Below, in pieces: positions 37,810-49,632 of a stretch of DNA of 64,000 nucleotides. A program made the position numbers and the translations under genes. This DNA is from Lama guanicoe (Eukaryota). The stretch lies in NCBI GenBank assembly GCA_013239625.1, contig MU056311.1, forward strand, positions 62,001 through 126,000, written 5' to 3'. The stretch's first letter is position 1; every line of letters begins with the position of its first letter. The notes under the pieces were generated by a model that worked only from the letters and a program-made list of their open reading frames with translations, was not told the DNA's origin and did no database searches.

Positions 37810-39110
37810 TTCTTCTCTCTACCTCTAGTACTTACAACCACTAAGCTGTCATGCTTTTCCAAAACGTTGCCTTTCAGAAATGTTACACAAATGGAATCAT
37901 ACAGCAGGTCATCTTTCAGGATAAATTCTCTCACTCAGCTTTCCTCCGGAGACGCGTCCGAGCTGCTGTGTGAGGCAGCGATGAGTTTATCTTTATTGCT
38001 AAGTAGTGCTCCATGTCATGGACGCGCCTCGGTTTTCTGGACCATGCACCTGTTAAAGGACATCGGGGCTGCTTCCTGTTTTCGGCCACGACAAATAGAG
38101 CTGCCCTGAGTATTCATGTCCTTGTTTTTGTGTGAACATATTTCTCACTTGTCCAGGCCATTCAGCCCCTGTGAATTCTCCTGAGACTTATGTGTCGGTT
38201 TAATAAAATTCCTATTAAAATCTCAGCAAAGGCTGATCTTGACTATCAGATAGAGCTATATTTTTTAATGATCAAATATGGTTTATAAAAACCACAAAAA
38301 GAGTATTCTATTGCATACACCCATATTTCTGCTCCATCTGTGGCTCCTTCCTTCCTGATCCAAGATTCCTTCTTGTATCCGTGTACTTCTGTTTGAAGCA
38401 CTTCCTCTAGTCAGACTCTACAGGAATGTCTTCTAGCGGCAAATTCTCTTAGCTCTCCCTTATACGAGAATATTTTTATTCCTCTTTCCTCTTGGTGTGA
38501 TAGCTTTACCGGATACTGAATTTGCAGTAGGCAGTTTTTTCCTCTCAGCACTTGGAAAACACTGTGCTATACGCTGCTGGGTTCCGTGGTTCCCGATAAG
38601 AAATCTGCTGTCAGTCAGAGAGCTGTTCCCCACGGGAAACACATCAGTTCTCTCACTGCCTTCAACAACTTTTCTGTGTATCAGTTCTCAAAAGTCTTTT
38701 ATGCATCTTCCTGCATTTGAGGGGGAGGGTCTTGGTCCCGTTTGAAGTTTACTCAGCTTCTTGATCTGCAGGTTTGCATCTTTTGCCAAATTTGGGAAGT
38801 TTCATCCATGACTTTTTCCAAAACCTTTTAGCCCTGTGTTCTTTCTCCTCTCTCCTGAGACTTGAAGGAAACCAAAGCTGGATGTTCTGTCATTGTCCCG
38901 CAGGTCCCTGAGGCTCTGCTTAATTTTTTCCAGTCTCATTCTTTGCTGTTCAGACTGGGTAGATTGCACTCTTCGCAAGTTTACAGATTTCATTCTCCGT
39001 CACTTTTTTTCTGTACCATTGGACCCATTCATGGAGTTTTGTGTTTTTTTAGTTCTGGCACTGTGTGTTTCATGAGGAAAATATTTTTTATTTTTATTAT
39101 ATAAAGATGT
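37810..39110 (-). mobile_element. Old L1M fragments (3' region ~37810-38150; ORF1 region ~38320-39110)
   Basis: aaatggaatcatacag, ttattgctaagtagtgctccat, cacctgttaaaggacat; then gcaaattctcttagc, gatagctttaccggatac, ctctcagcacttggaa, tttgccaaatttgggaagttt. Confidence 0.75.
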
Positions 39111-39119
39111 TCGCCTTAC

Positions 39120-39245
39120 CCTTAATCTTACATGTAAATCTGAGGAAACCAAGGGTTAAGCAGATGAAGGCCTCACAATGAACAGGCGGTAAAGACGGGC
39201 TTTGGAGCCCATCATTCTGATTCCAGAGCGTCCACTCTCTCACTT
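39120..39245 (-). mobile_element. MIR fragment
   Basis: tgaggaaaccaagggttaag...tctgattccagagc. Confidence 0.55.
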
Positions 39246-40659
39246 ACCTCTTCTTCTGATGGAAACGTGCTCAGTGTCTGTTAGTTCAGAAGAGGAGTGA
39301 GTGGGGAGAAACATCTCAAAAGGAAACACTGAGCTCTCTGAAGCTTTAAAATTATAAATGAAAACTTTCGTAGTGTGGCAAAAGAATCAAATGACAGGAC
39401 TATTTTATTCTTTACAGTGTTCGCAGCGATTTGAAACTGCAACTGAGGTTTTGTTTCAACGGAGACATAGTCATCGTCTGTTGTCTCAGGCGGTTTGTGT
39501 CTCTCACCCAGAGGGATAAGATGTCAGCATCCTTTGAGGAGACGTCACCGAGTTCCACCAGCCTTCCTACACGTTTGGGCACGAACGTCCCAATGTTCAA
39601 CACCCACTGTGTGAATTCGAGTCTTGCTGTTACTCAGGTCCTCACTAGCTTCAGCGTTACTTTCAGGCATTAAAAATCATGGTGCCAGGTTCAAGCCTCA
39701 AACTTTGTTAGAAGGTTGACCTAAATGGTCCCAAATCTCTTTTCCTGCCTCATCCTACTACTTACAGGAAATTATACTTCATTCTCAGCTGCCCTTGCAC
39801 AGAGAGTTGTTATGCAACAGCAGGGTGATCTACACAAAGGGATTTAGTTTCTGAGTTTTTCTACTAATAAGTCAATATTTCATGCTAATAATTCCACACA
39901 CAGTTATTTAGTTGTATCCCGTGCTTCATCTGTTCATTTGCTGATCTTTTATTTATTGATTGTTTCCTATGCACATCCACTGGACTGAGTATTTTGTGAA
40001 AGAAATATTCGTAAGTGGAGGAGCTGGCCACATGACCTCACTGCAGTCCCCGTGGGCACACATTTTAGGAAGGGGCGGGTGTGGAAGGCGTGGCTGGAAC
40101 ACATTCTGCACTGCAGGGCTCGGAAAGGAAGGTGATGCGAATCCTCCTTTCTGGTCCCACTCCTGCTGTGGGTGGCAGTCTGCGAGTGGGTCAGGATGGA
40201 AGTGATTTCAAGAGGGGGCACAGTCCTAGTGGAGCAAGTGTGTGTTCAGGGAGGGGACGTACAACAGACAGGCCCTCCTCCCCTACTTCGAACAGAATTC
40301 ACTTGGGAAAAAAATAACAAAAAAGTGGGGCTTACCAGAAATGATAGGGGGTCTTGAATCCTAACCTTGTCTAAAATAAGGGCCCTGTGGGATTCACGAT
40401 TGTTATTTACACAGTGAAGCAGTATATCCTATGAATGATGGAAGAGGAAGTAAAAGGAATTACACATTAGGATACTCATGCTAGCTTCTCAGGCATCAGG
40501 TTGTGAGGTAAACTGGAGGATGAGGGAGGAGTATGTGTAGGGAATGTCACCCACTGGACAGGTATTGAAAAAGCTGGTTTGCAATGCAAAGAAATGGGAG
40601 TGTAACCATTACCTTGTCTTCTGTGACTAGCACTAAAGAATGAAGGTAGATGCTATTGT

Positions 40660-40857
40660 CCACTGTCTCAGGGTCCTCACATGGCAGAGGGAGCAGGGGT
40701 CCCCTGGGGTCTCTTTTATAAGGGCACTAGTCCCACTCATGAGGCTCCACCCTCATGACCTAATCACCTCCTTGACCCCCACCTCCAACACCACCACCTG
40801 GGGGATTAGGTTTCAGCATATGGTTTTGGGGGGACACAAACATGCAGCCCATGGCAG
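40660..40857 (-). mobile_element. MLT1A-like LTR, partial
   Basis: gtcctcacatggcagag...tctcttttataagggcact...ccctcatgacctaatcacctcc...ggggacacaaacat. Confidence 0.85.
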
Positions 40858-42574
40858 CCTCCCCCAAGCCTCTCCTGCCTGATGCCCAGGCAGGGTTCTG
40901 GATGACCCCGCAGGATCAGCCCCCATGGCCACTCCATCTCGGGGGCTTCTCCACACTTCAGCTCTTTCTTACCCTCCCTCTGTTCTCAGGGCCCTCAAAC
41001 GCTCTTTCACATATTTGCTTCAAGCTGGAATTAAAATGAATTCTGCTTACTTCTGGAAATTCTTCCCCAGCAATACAAAAGCTCTGAATACCTCTTGACA
41101 CTTGACTTGTATAAGAACTCCATGATCCAGAATGCACTACCTTCCTTCAAACTTGCATGTCGTTCTACTACTTTCATAAACTCCTTGCTCCAATCACAAG
41201 CTGACCCTCACCTCCTCCCCTAAAGCAGCAGCTCCCATAGGGTCTGAAGCCCACGCCTGGTGGGGACCTGGTGCAGAGCTGGGATAGAGAGTAATGGGTG
41301 GTCTCTCCATTAGATGGTGTCTCTGGCCATTTTTTTTTCTTTTGTACCAGAACCCCCAGTACAGTCCATTCTGCTACAAAATGTGTGATTCAGATTAGCT
41401 CATACAAACAGGGAAATAATCTTAGTTTGCAGAGATCCTGTTGGCTCACATGTTAATATTCTGCAGGCATTACAGTCAGGTCCCACCAGGATTCAAGATA
41501 AAAACATCAGCAATATATGAAGAACTTAAGGAGAACAGAGCACACAAAATCTTACAGAAGTGCTTTAAACTTCAGTGCAAGGACCTGGTGAGCTGGCCCT
41601 TGTTTTCCGGTGTGTTACGTACGCTATCTGGGGGAGCAGTGTAGACAGGAAAGCTGCCAAGAAGCCTCTCCCTGTTCACACACTAGGTGAAGGAGAAGGT
41701 CAGCCCCGGGTTGCAGTTTCACTTTGACGAAATGGTCACTGTTAGAAGTAAATGTCTTCAAAGCTGGGCGACTCTGAGGGACTGTGAGAGTGGAGGTGGG
41801 GCTCCTCAGCGGAGAGGATGGGGTTCCCACTGAGACCAGTCTGGTTATGGAGTCGCCCTGGGCTGATCAGCACTCTGCTGCTGAGCTCATCTTCCTTCTA
41901 AGCCCCGTGCCTTCTGGCCCCTGCTTCCACAGAGCGTGACACGTCTCAGAACGCATATGTGGCGTCGGAGCAGGAGGCCCTTACCACGTTGTACGCTGTC
42001 GCAGATAAACGTTACTCCAACTGACAGGCATTTCTGTTTACAAAGATGAGCTTCAACAGTTCTAACAGTCCAGACTCTGAGTTAAAAGTGTTGACCCCTC
42101 TGGGATGCTGTGAGGTTACGTGATCAGTGTTCCATTTCTCATTTTTTTGCCTCTAAAAATGTGGCCAAATCTGCAGTCAGTGACCTTCACAAAGCAGAGG
42201 AGGGGAGGACGAGCCAGGGAGGGGCTCCGAGGGGGTCTGAGGCCTCAGTCTCCAGCCTACTTCCCAGTCTGGTCCTGGGCGCCCAACAGTCTTCACATAG
42301 AACACGGAAAACATCTGCTCTCTGATCTTTGCTTCAGATGCTCCAGCAGAAGAGGAGATTTTTTTTAATTATAGCTTATTTTTTAATCAATATTTGTCTC
42401 TAGTTCATCACTGCTTTGCTGAAGTTAAAAGTGACTTTGGGCCAACCGAATGATCCACCATGAGATCCAGTGATCCAGACATCCCACTTGGCCTCTAGAG
42501 ATGCAGATCCTTTATTCCGTTTGAGTTGGACAGTGAAGAGCAAGGGCCAGGAAAACGGAGATTATGAAGCCTGG

Positions 42575-42953
42575 TGCTTGGACTGAACACCTGTGCCCAC
42601 CCCCCCAGTTCATATGTTGGAGTCCTAACCCCCAGTGTGCCTGCATTTGGACACAGGGCCTCTAAGGAAATAATTCAGGTTACTTAAGGTTAAGTGGGTT
42701 TCCCAGGGTGGGGCCCTGATCTCACAGGATTAGTGTCCTTACCTAAAGGGACCAGACGTGATCTTTCTCTCTCTCTTCATGTGCTCAGAAGAAATGCCAT
42801 GTCTGCAACCCAAAAAGAAAGTCCCCACCAGTAACTGAAACCAGACCTTGATCTGGGACCTCCAGCCTCCACAACTATGAGAAAATCAATTTCTGTTGTT
42901 TAAGCCCCCTGTCGATGGTATTTTGTTAGGTAGGGTGGTCAGAGCAGACTGAC
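42575..42953 (+). mobile_element. MLT1A-like LTR
   Basis: ttcatatgttggagtcctaacccccagtgtg...gggtggggccctgatc...accttgatctgggacctccagcctccacaactatgagaaaatcaatttctgttgtttaagcc. Confidence 0.85.
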
Positions 42954-44727
42954 CCCCATGGGGACAGGCCGCACTGTGACCAGTGGGGGTGGAGAGCTGC
43001 CCAAACTAGATTTCTTCACTCTGCGGCCACTACCCACCTCCCTTGTCAACATTCTAACTGCACGGCATTTGAGTGACAGAAGTCCTCCTTCCAGTTCAGA
43101 ACTAGAAATGCGTAATCACTAGAAATATAAATACCGCATTAATTTATGGTCTTGCACAGCAAAATTTCCAACCTAAGAATCTCTTTTGAAATTAGCCCTG
43201 TTAATGTGTGTAATTCAGGAGTTCCTCTCTGACCACTTATAAATCAAAGAGCTCTGCTACTTCCAGATGCATATGCTGCCATGGAAACGCGTGAGGTCAC
43301 CAGGAGAGCTCCACTGCTATGCAAGGCACAGGTGCGGGCTCACACTTCTTGCATTAGAGGTAATGCTGTCAAGCTTCGGGCGGAGACAGAGGATGTTGTG
43401 GACATAAAATGTGAGAAGCAGGTACATTTGCTGTTGATCATCTCCTTTTTATTTACTGATTCCTGAATTTCTGAATGGAGAAAATATCTGGGCATGTGGC
43501 TACTGAGCTAATGGCGTTAAAACACTAATGTAGTATTGATTTAATGCCGGTTTCTCAAAGGTTAAAGATCCTTTGGCGTCTGCATAAACAGCACGGAACA
43601 GAACAAAATGCAAAATGCCACTTGCTAGGAATCTTAATGTCTCATTACTTATGTTCAGAGACCCTGGAAGAAGTCTATGCAAATGTATTAACCATGCAGC
43701 TCTGGCAAAATGCCCTTAAAACCAGCTAAACAAATGCAGCAATTCTTCACCTTGTATCTGTCAGCACACCCCCTATATAACAGAGGTCCACGTCTCAGTG
43801 GCAAATGTGGCGGGTTTTCCCTCCCTTTGTTCCAGTGAACCCAGAACTTTGACATTCTGCATCCTGACATTTGGCCCACTGAGAAAATGTGCAAAACCTC
43901 AAGACATTCACAGTCCTCACATCAGAAGCTATTTGTATGGGCAGATGTCTAAAAATGTTACACTAGTTGCTGTCTTAATTACCACAGAAAATCCTTAAAA
44001 CACAAAAGGGAACATTATACCCAGCTCCTCAGGGCCCTGGGTGGTACAGAGAAGGATTGAATCACCGCAGAAAGCTTTGAGTCACAGCCTGCCCCAGCTG
44101 CTCCGGGGCTCTGAGCAAGGGTCTTCGCTCAAAAGGAGTTTATTTCCTGACACCAGCAGGATGAGTGTTTAGACACAAGACGAGCCCATCGCTACGATTT
44201 ATCTCACCCAGGATCATCCAGGCATCAGTGGAAGGCAAAGGAACACTTATGCCATGTATGTGCCCTTTCAAGTCACATTTTGGAAATATTCTCAAGATAA
44301 TAATTTAATTTCCTTAAAAAGCAATCCTTTGCTTCCTCCTATCTTTGACTTATGATTGCATCTGACAGATGGAAGCTCAGATATCAGATTATTATGTTGC
44401 AGCTTAGTTATTTGTCAAAGTATATTCTTTCTTCCTCTTCCTATTATCTTTAAATTGTACAATACGGGTACATCAAAATTAAAATGCTGCAGATGACAGA
44501 AGTTATAGAGACAGACATTCTCCACGATGCAAAAGTCACACTTACAAACACAATTCAACAAAACACTCAGATATATGTACATGTGACCACGTGTCCTCCG
44601 TGTGTGTGTGCACAACTATTTGTGGACATACTGATACACACTCATCTTGCAGAAAGCTAGGGCAGGAAGGAAGAGAAAGAAGCAATGAGAGCATGTTTCT
44701 CCCTCCATGTTAAAATAAAGCAGGCTC

Positions 44728-44840
44728 ACACAGATGTGAACTAGACTTGCCGTGATAATTAGTTCATGATATATACAAATACCAAGTCATCATGCTGTAC
44801 ATGTGAAACGAATATGCCAGTTATGTCTCAATAAAACATA
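44728..44840 (+). mobile_element. Short L1 3' terminal fragment
   Basis: acagatgtgaactagactt...tatatacaaatacc...tgctgtacatgtgaaac...tctcaataaaa. Confidence 0.7.
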
Positions 44841-45179
44841 CGACTGAATAAGAATAAACAAAAGTGATCCAGATTTCTCCACCCTGGAAATCATGTTAGA
44901 TTTGTAAAGACAAGGCCAAATATATATTTACTGCTAAATACCTGATCTATATTTCAAAAGTACCTTAAGTCCTCCACTAAATTTGAAGATGAACGTTGTG
45001 CAGGCATAATACATAATTTAATAAATATTCTGTTATTTTGAAACAATGTTCACCATGTTAGTTTTTGTTAGTACGAGTACCAGATCGATCTGACCACAGA
45101 TATAAAAGCATGGGAACGTAGAAGAAATCCAGTGAATTCAGGGGAAACCCTGTGATGATGGGTTTGAGAGAGAAAGCAA

Positions 45180-48100
45180 AGGGGGTGACTTTAGCAAAAT
45201 GGTGGAGCAGACAGCTCCAAACCCCCGTCCCGCCACAGAAAAACTGAAAAACAAACAGAAACTGTCAAAACCAACTGTGTCATGCCTCTGGACAAGTCAA
45301 CCTTTGACAGCAACCATGCAAATGCTGAATCAAGAAGGCCACCTGGAAACGGTAGGAAAGCTCTATGTCATTTTTACTCACCCTGCCCGCCCAGGCTCAG
45401 CCTGCGCTCCTCGTGTGGGACCCTGGTTTCCGGCTTCCGGGGGAGGAGAGCAGAGTGTCTCCACCAGTGATTATGTTTGCCTGTCCTGTCCTGTCTAGGG
45501 GCTGCCCGAGGACTGATGCAAGCCTTTCATTTCTGTCTCACCTAACTCAGGGCCCACGTGGGGCAGAAACATGATAAGCATTGGTTGAAAATATAGTTTG
45601 GCAACAAAAAACGCACAGCCATGACGGGCAAAAGGTAACAGTTGAGACATGACCACAGGCGCCTGCACGAAAAGCCCGGAGAGAGTTTCCCTCAGAAGTG
45701 AGGATACTCCCAGGCACCTGCAAGGACTGGAGTAATTCAGAAAGCCCCACGCGCGCCCAGGACAAGGTGCACACTCAGGAAAGGCCTGACAAGACCCGAA
45801 GCTGATCTCTAGGCTCAGCACAGCAGGAAGGGAAGGTTAAGAGAAGGTTGCAGATGGCCAAGCGAGGAGGAAAGGAACCCCCCGAACAGTCAGCCCACAC
45901 CGTGTGGGGCAGTGTTTTTGTTCCCTTGTTTTACTTTTGTTTTGCTTTGTTTTTGCTCAATGCTAATTGAAGGAAATCTTTGTCTTGACACTAAACCACC
46001 TGAACAAAAAGTTAGCTTTCAACCATCAAGAAGAGAAAAACGTTACGGCAGGGAGATAATTTGATTGACAGAGTTACCACAGAATAATATTCTAACGTCC
46101 GGTTTTCACCAAAGGCACACAGCATACGTTGGAATATGAAAGTAGGACAGGTGCAAGGAAAAGCCAGATTGGCACAATTGCTCTTGAAGAAGCCCAGATA
46201 TGGAGTGACTAGACGAAAACCTTAACCCTTTTAAATATTTTCAAAAAGTGAAATAAAACCAGAAGCAAAGAAGTAAAGAAAACCAGAAAAATGACAGTTG
46301 AACAAAATGGGAATACCAGTGAAGTGGTGGAAATTACGAAGAAGAACCAACTAGAAATTTTCGAGCTGCAAAGTACGAGAACTAAATGAAAAATTCATAA
46401 GGAAGGGTCAACAGCAGATTTGATTAGGCAGAAGAATCAGTGAACGTGAAAGATAAGACAACTGAAATTATCAAGGCTGAAGATCAGAATAAAAAAAAAA
46501 TGAAGAAAGGTGGACAAAGCATCTAAGGGACCTGCGGGTCACCATCAAGCAGACCAGTATACAGGAGGCCCAGGACGATGATCCTCAATTATACTAAGAT
46601 TATTTCTCATGACAGCCATGAGGTGAGAAGGCAGTGAGATGATGTGATTCAAGTGTTGGAAAAAAACTCAACTGAGAATTCTCAATTAAAAATTACCCTT
46701 CGGAAAAGAAGGGGAGATTATGACATTCACAAATAAGCAAAAGCTGAGGGAGGTTATTACCGACAGACTCGCCTGATGGGAAGTGCTAACAAGAGTCCGA
46801 GTTGAAGTGAAGGAATCCAAGACAGTAAACACAGGCAGTATGAGGAAATAAAGAACACAGATGTGTGTATATATAATATATACATATAGAAAAACATATA
46901 TTCTCTTTCTGGCTGACTTCACTTAGAATGCTCGTCTCCAGGTCCACCCACGTTGCTGCAAATGGCATTATTTCATTCTTTTTAATGGCTGAGTAGCATT
47001 CCATTGTAAAAATATACCCCAACTTCTTTATCCAGTATGTATACACACACACTCACATGACTGGGACATTGTGCTGTACACCAGATATTGACACACTGTA
47101 AATGATGATGCTTCAATACAAAGAAAAAAAAGAAGTGGAAGAAAAAAAAAGAACATAGTTAAAGGTAACTACAAAAGTAAATTTAAAAGTTAATACTATT
47201 GCCTTCTGGCTTATAATTTCTCTTCTATTTTCCATGACTTAAAAGGCAAATACATAAAACAACATTTATACTGTTCACATCTACGTTAGTGGGCACACAA
47301 TGTGGAAAGACGTAATCTGCGAAAAGAACAATACAGAAGGTGACCGATAGAGATGTAGAGAAATGGTGTCCATGTGCTTTTGACATCTGGCATTATTATA
47401 TGTATATATTATTATTATTATTATACTTTTGACATTTGGGATTATTCACACTAGATTACTACAATGTGACAATGTTAACTGCAACCCCCAAGGCGACCAC
47501 TAATAGATAACAACAATTAAAAAAAAAAACAACAAGAAGAAAAGAAGGAGGGAATCAAATGGTACACACAGACACACAGACACACAGACACACACATCAA
47601 CTGCATACAAGTAAATGTAATAAGGGGAGGTTGAAAAACAAGACCAACAAAAAATAAGCCATACAGAAAAATGCTGCTAAATGGTAGAAATATTTACTTA
47701 TTAGTTATTACTTTAAATGTAAATAGATTAAACTGTCCAGCTAAGGCAGACATTGGCAGAATGAAAACATTATTTACCTCTATGCTGTCCAGGAGAGACT
47801 GACCTTAGATACAAAGACCCAGTGATGTTAAAAATTCAAGGATGGTAAAAGATACTTCAAACAGAACCAAAAGAGAGCTGGGTGATTGTATTATCAGACA
47901 AAATAGGCTTTAAGTTAAAAAAAACACAAAGTTACAAGAAATAAATAAGCACGTTATGTATTATTCAAAGTTTTAAGCCGTCAAAAGATGTAACAATTAG
48001 AAATGTGGGTGTCTAACAAGAGTCCCAAAATATATGAAGCAAAAATCTGACAGACTTGAAGAAGACAACACAGTTCTACAACGATAGCTGGACACATCGC

Positions 48101-49632
48101 TGCCCCACGGTCAGTATGGAGAGAACCATGGGACCGAAGAGCACCAAGGATACAGGGCTTGAACCAAACTACAAGCCGAACTACAAGCCTTCGCAGAGAC
48201 TCAGAACCTCCAGCTAACAGCAGCGGGACACGCATCGCTCTAAACTCTCTTGGAATTTTCACCAAAATAGACCATATGTCAGGCCACAAAACAAGCCTGA
48301 AAGAAATTAAATATACATATAAATATACAAAGTACCTTTTCCAGTCACTGTGGAATTAAACTAGAAATCAGTAACAGAAGGAAAACTGGAGATTAAACAT
48401 CACACGAACAACCAATGGGTCAAACAAGAAATAACAAGGCAAATCAGAAAACACCTCGAGATGAAGAAAAACAAAAAGACTCCCTTGGTGATTCAGTGAA
48501 AGCAGTTCTCAGACGTGTAAGCAGTAAGCACACAAAAGACGCTCGCCATCATTGATCACTAGGAAAGTGATTCTGTAAATCAAGGCCACAGTGGAACACC
48601 TCCTCATACCTGTTAAGGTGGCAAGAACCGAAAACAACTTAAAATAGCAAGTTGTGAGAATCTGGAGAAAGCGGAACCTCTGTGCATCTGAACATAAAAT
48701 ATGCAGCTGCGGTGGGAACAGTTCAGTTGTTCCTCAGAAAGGTAAACATAGAAATACCACACGAATCAGATTTCACTACTAGATACATCTCAATATTATG
48801 GAAAGCAGGACTGAATTTTTCAGGAGATGGAGAAAATTAATTTTAAACAGGCATCTCTGTTAGACAAAAATGAATTCATATATATATGAATCATATATAT
48901 TTTATATATAAATGTATAAATCTCCAACATAAAGAGAGACAGAGGACTATATTCTAGAAACCCTGAGTCCATAAAAGTAGGCAGGATTACGTAAATGATC
49001 CATTTCCTTAGTAATGGCAGATAATTGACAAGACAGACCAATCTTATTTTAGATGAACGGAAATTCAGTTTCCTTGTAACAGAATTACCAACTATTTATT
49101 GCGACATAAATATCCAACAGTCTGACCTTTCCGCAGCAAATACACAATAAACAAAATATATGCCCTTATAACAAAACAAACGGAATAAAGCAACAGTGAC
49201 AAGTTGCTTCCCTTTTCTCATGATTCACTTGAAGTGAGAATTTCCTGGTTATCTACCAATTATTAGGCTTATAATTCTTTTTACTCACAAACAAAAAAAA
49301 TTAATTGAAAGCAGGGACTTGCATAGGTATTTGTACAGCCATGTTCACAGCAGCATTATTCACAATAGCCAAAAGGTGGAAGCAAGCCAAGTGTCCACTG
49401 ACGGATGAGCAGGTAAGCAAGATGGGGTATACACACAGAATGGAATACTATTCAGCCATAAACAGAATGAAGTTCCGACACATGCTACACGTGGACAAGC
49501 CTTTAAAGCATCGCGCTAAGTGAAACAAGCCAGGCATGGTGTGATCCCACGTGTGAAATCCGTAGAACGGGCAAGCTCGTGGAGACAGAGCGGAATGCAG
49601 GGAAGCCCGTAACGGCCGGCGGGAGGAGGGGA
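45180..49632 (+). mobile_element. Old L1M skeleton: 5' UTR, ORF1, ORF2 endonuclease, large RT deletion near 48515, 3' end; carries two nested insertions
   Basis: ORF1-like 46200-46850. EN-like ttattactttaaatgtaaatagattaaac...ctatgctgtccaggagagact (cf. ITLNVNGLN...CCLQETH). C-terminal ORF2 remnant CTAMFTAALFTIAKRWKQAKCP at 49305-49523. Fully frameshifted. Confidence 0.85.
46861..47147 (+). mobile_element. Younger camelid-type L1 insertion, 5'-inverted, with TSD
   Basis: Antisense L1 (tggctgacttcacttagaatg...ttctttatccagt), then sense tail atgactgggacattgtgctgtacaccag and poly(A). TSD aaagaacacag (46850-46860) / aaagaacatag (47148-47158). Confidence 0.8.

Noticed and set aside
45180-49632. Active L1
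   Set aside because: Frameshifted, RT domain deleted, interrupted by insertions.
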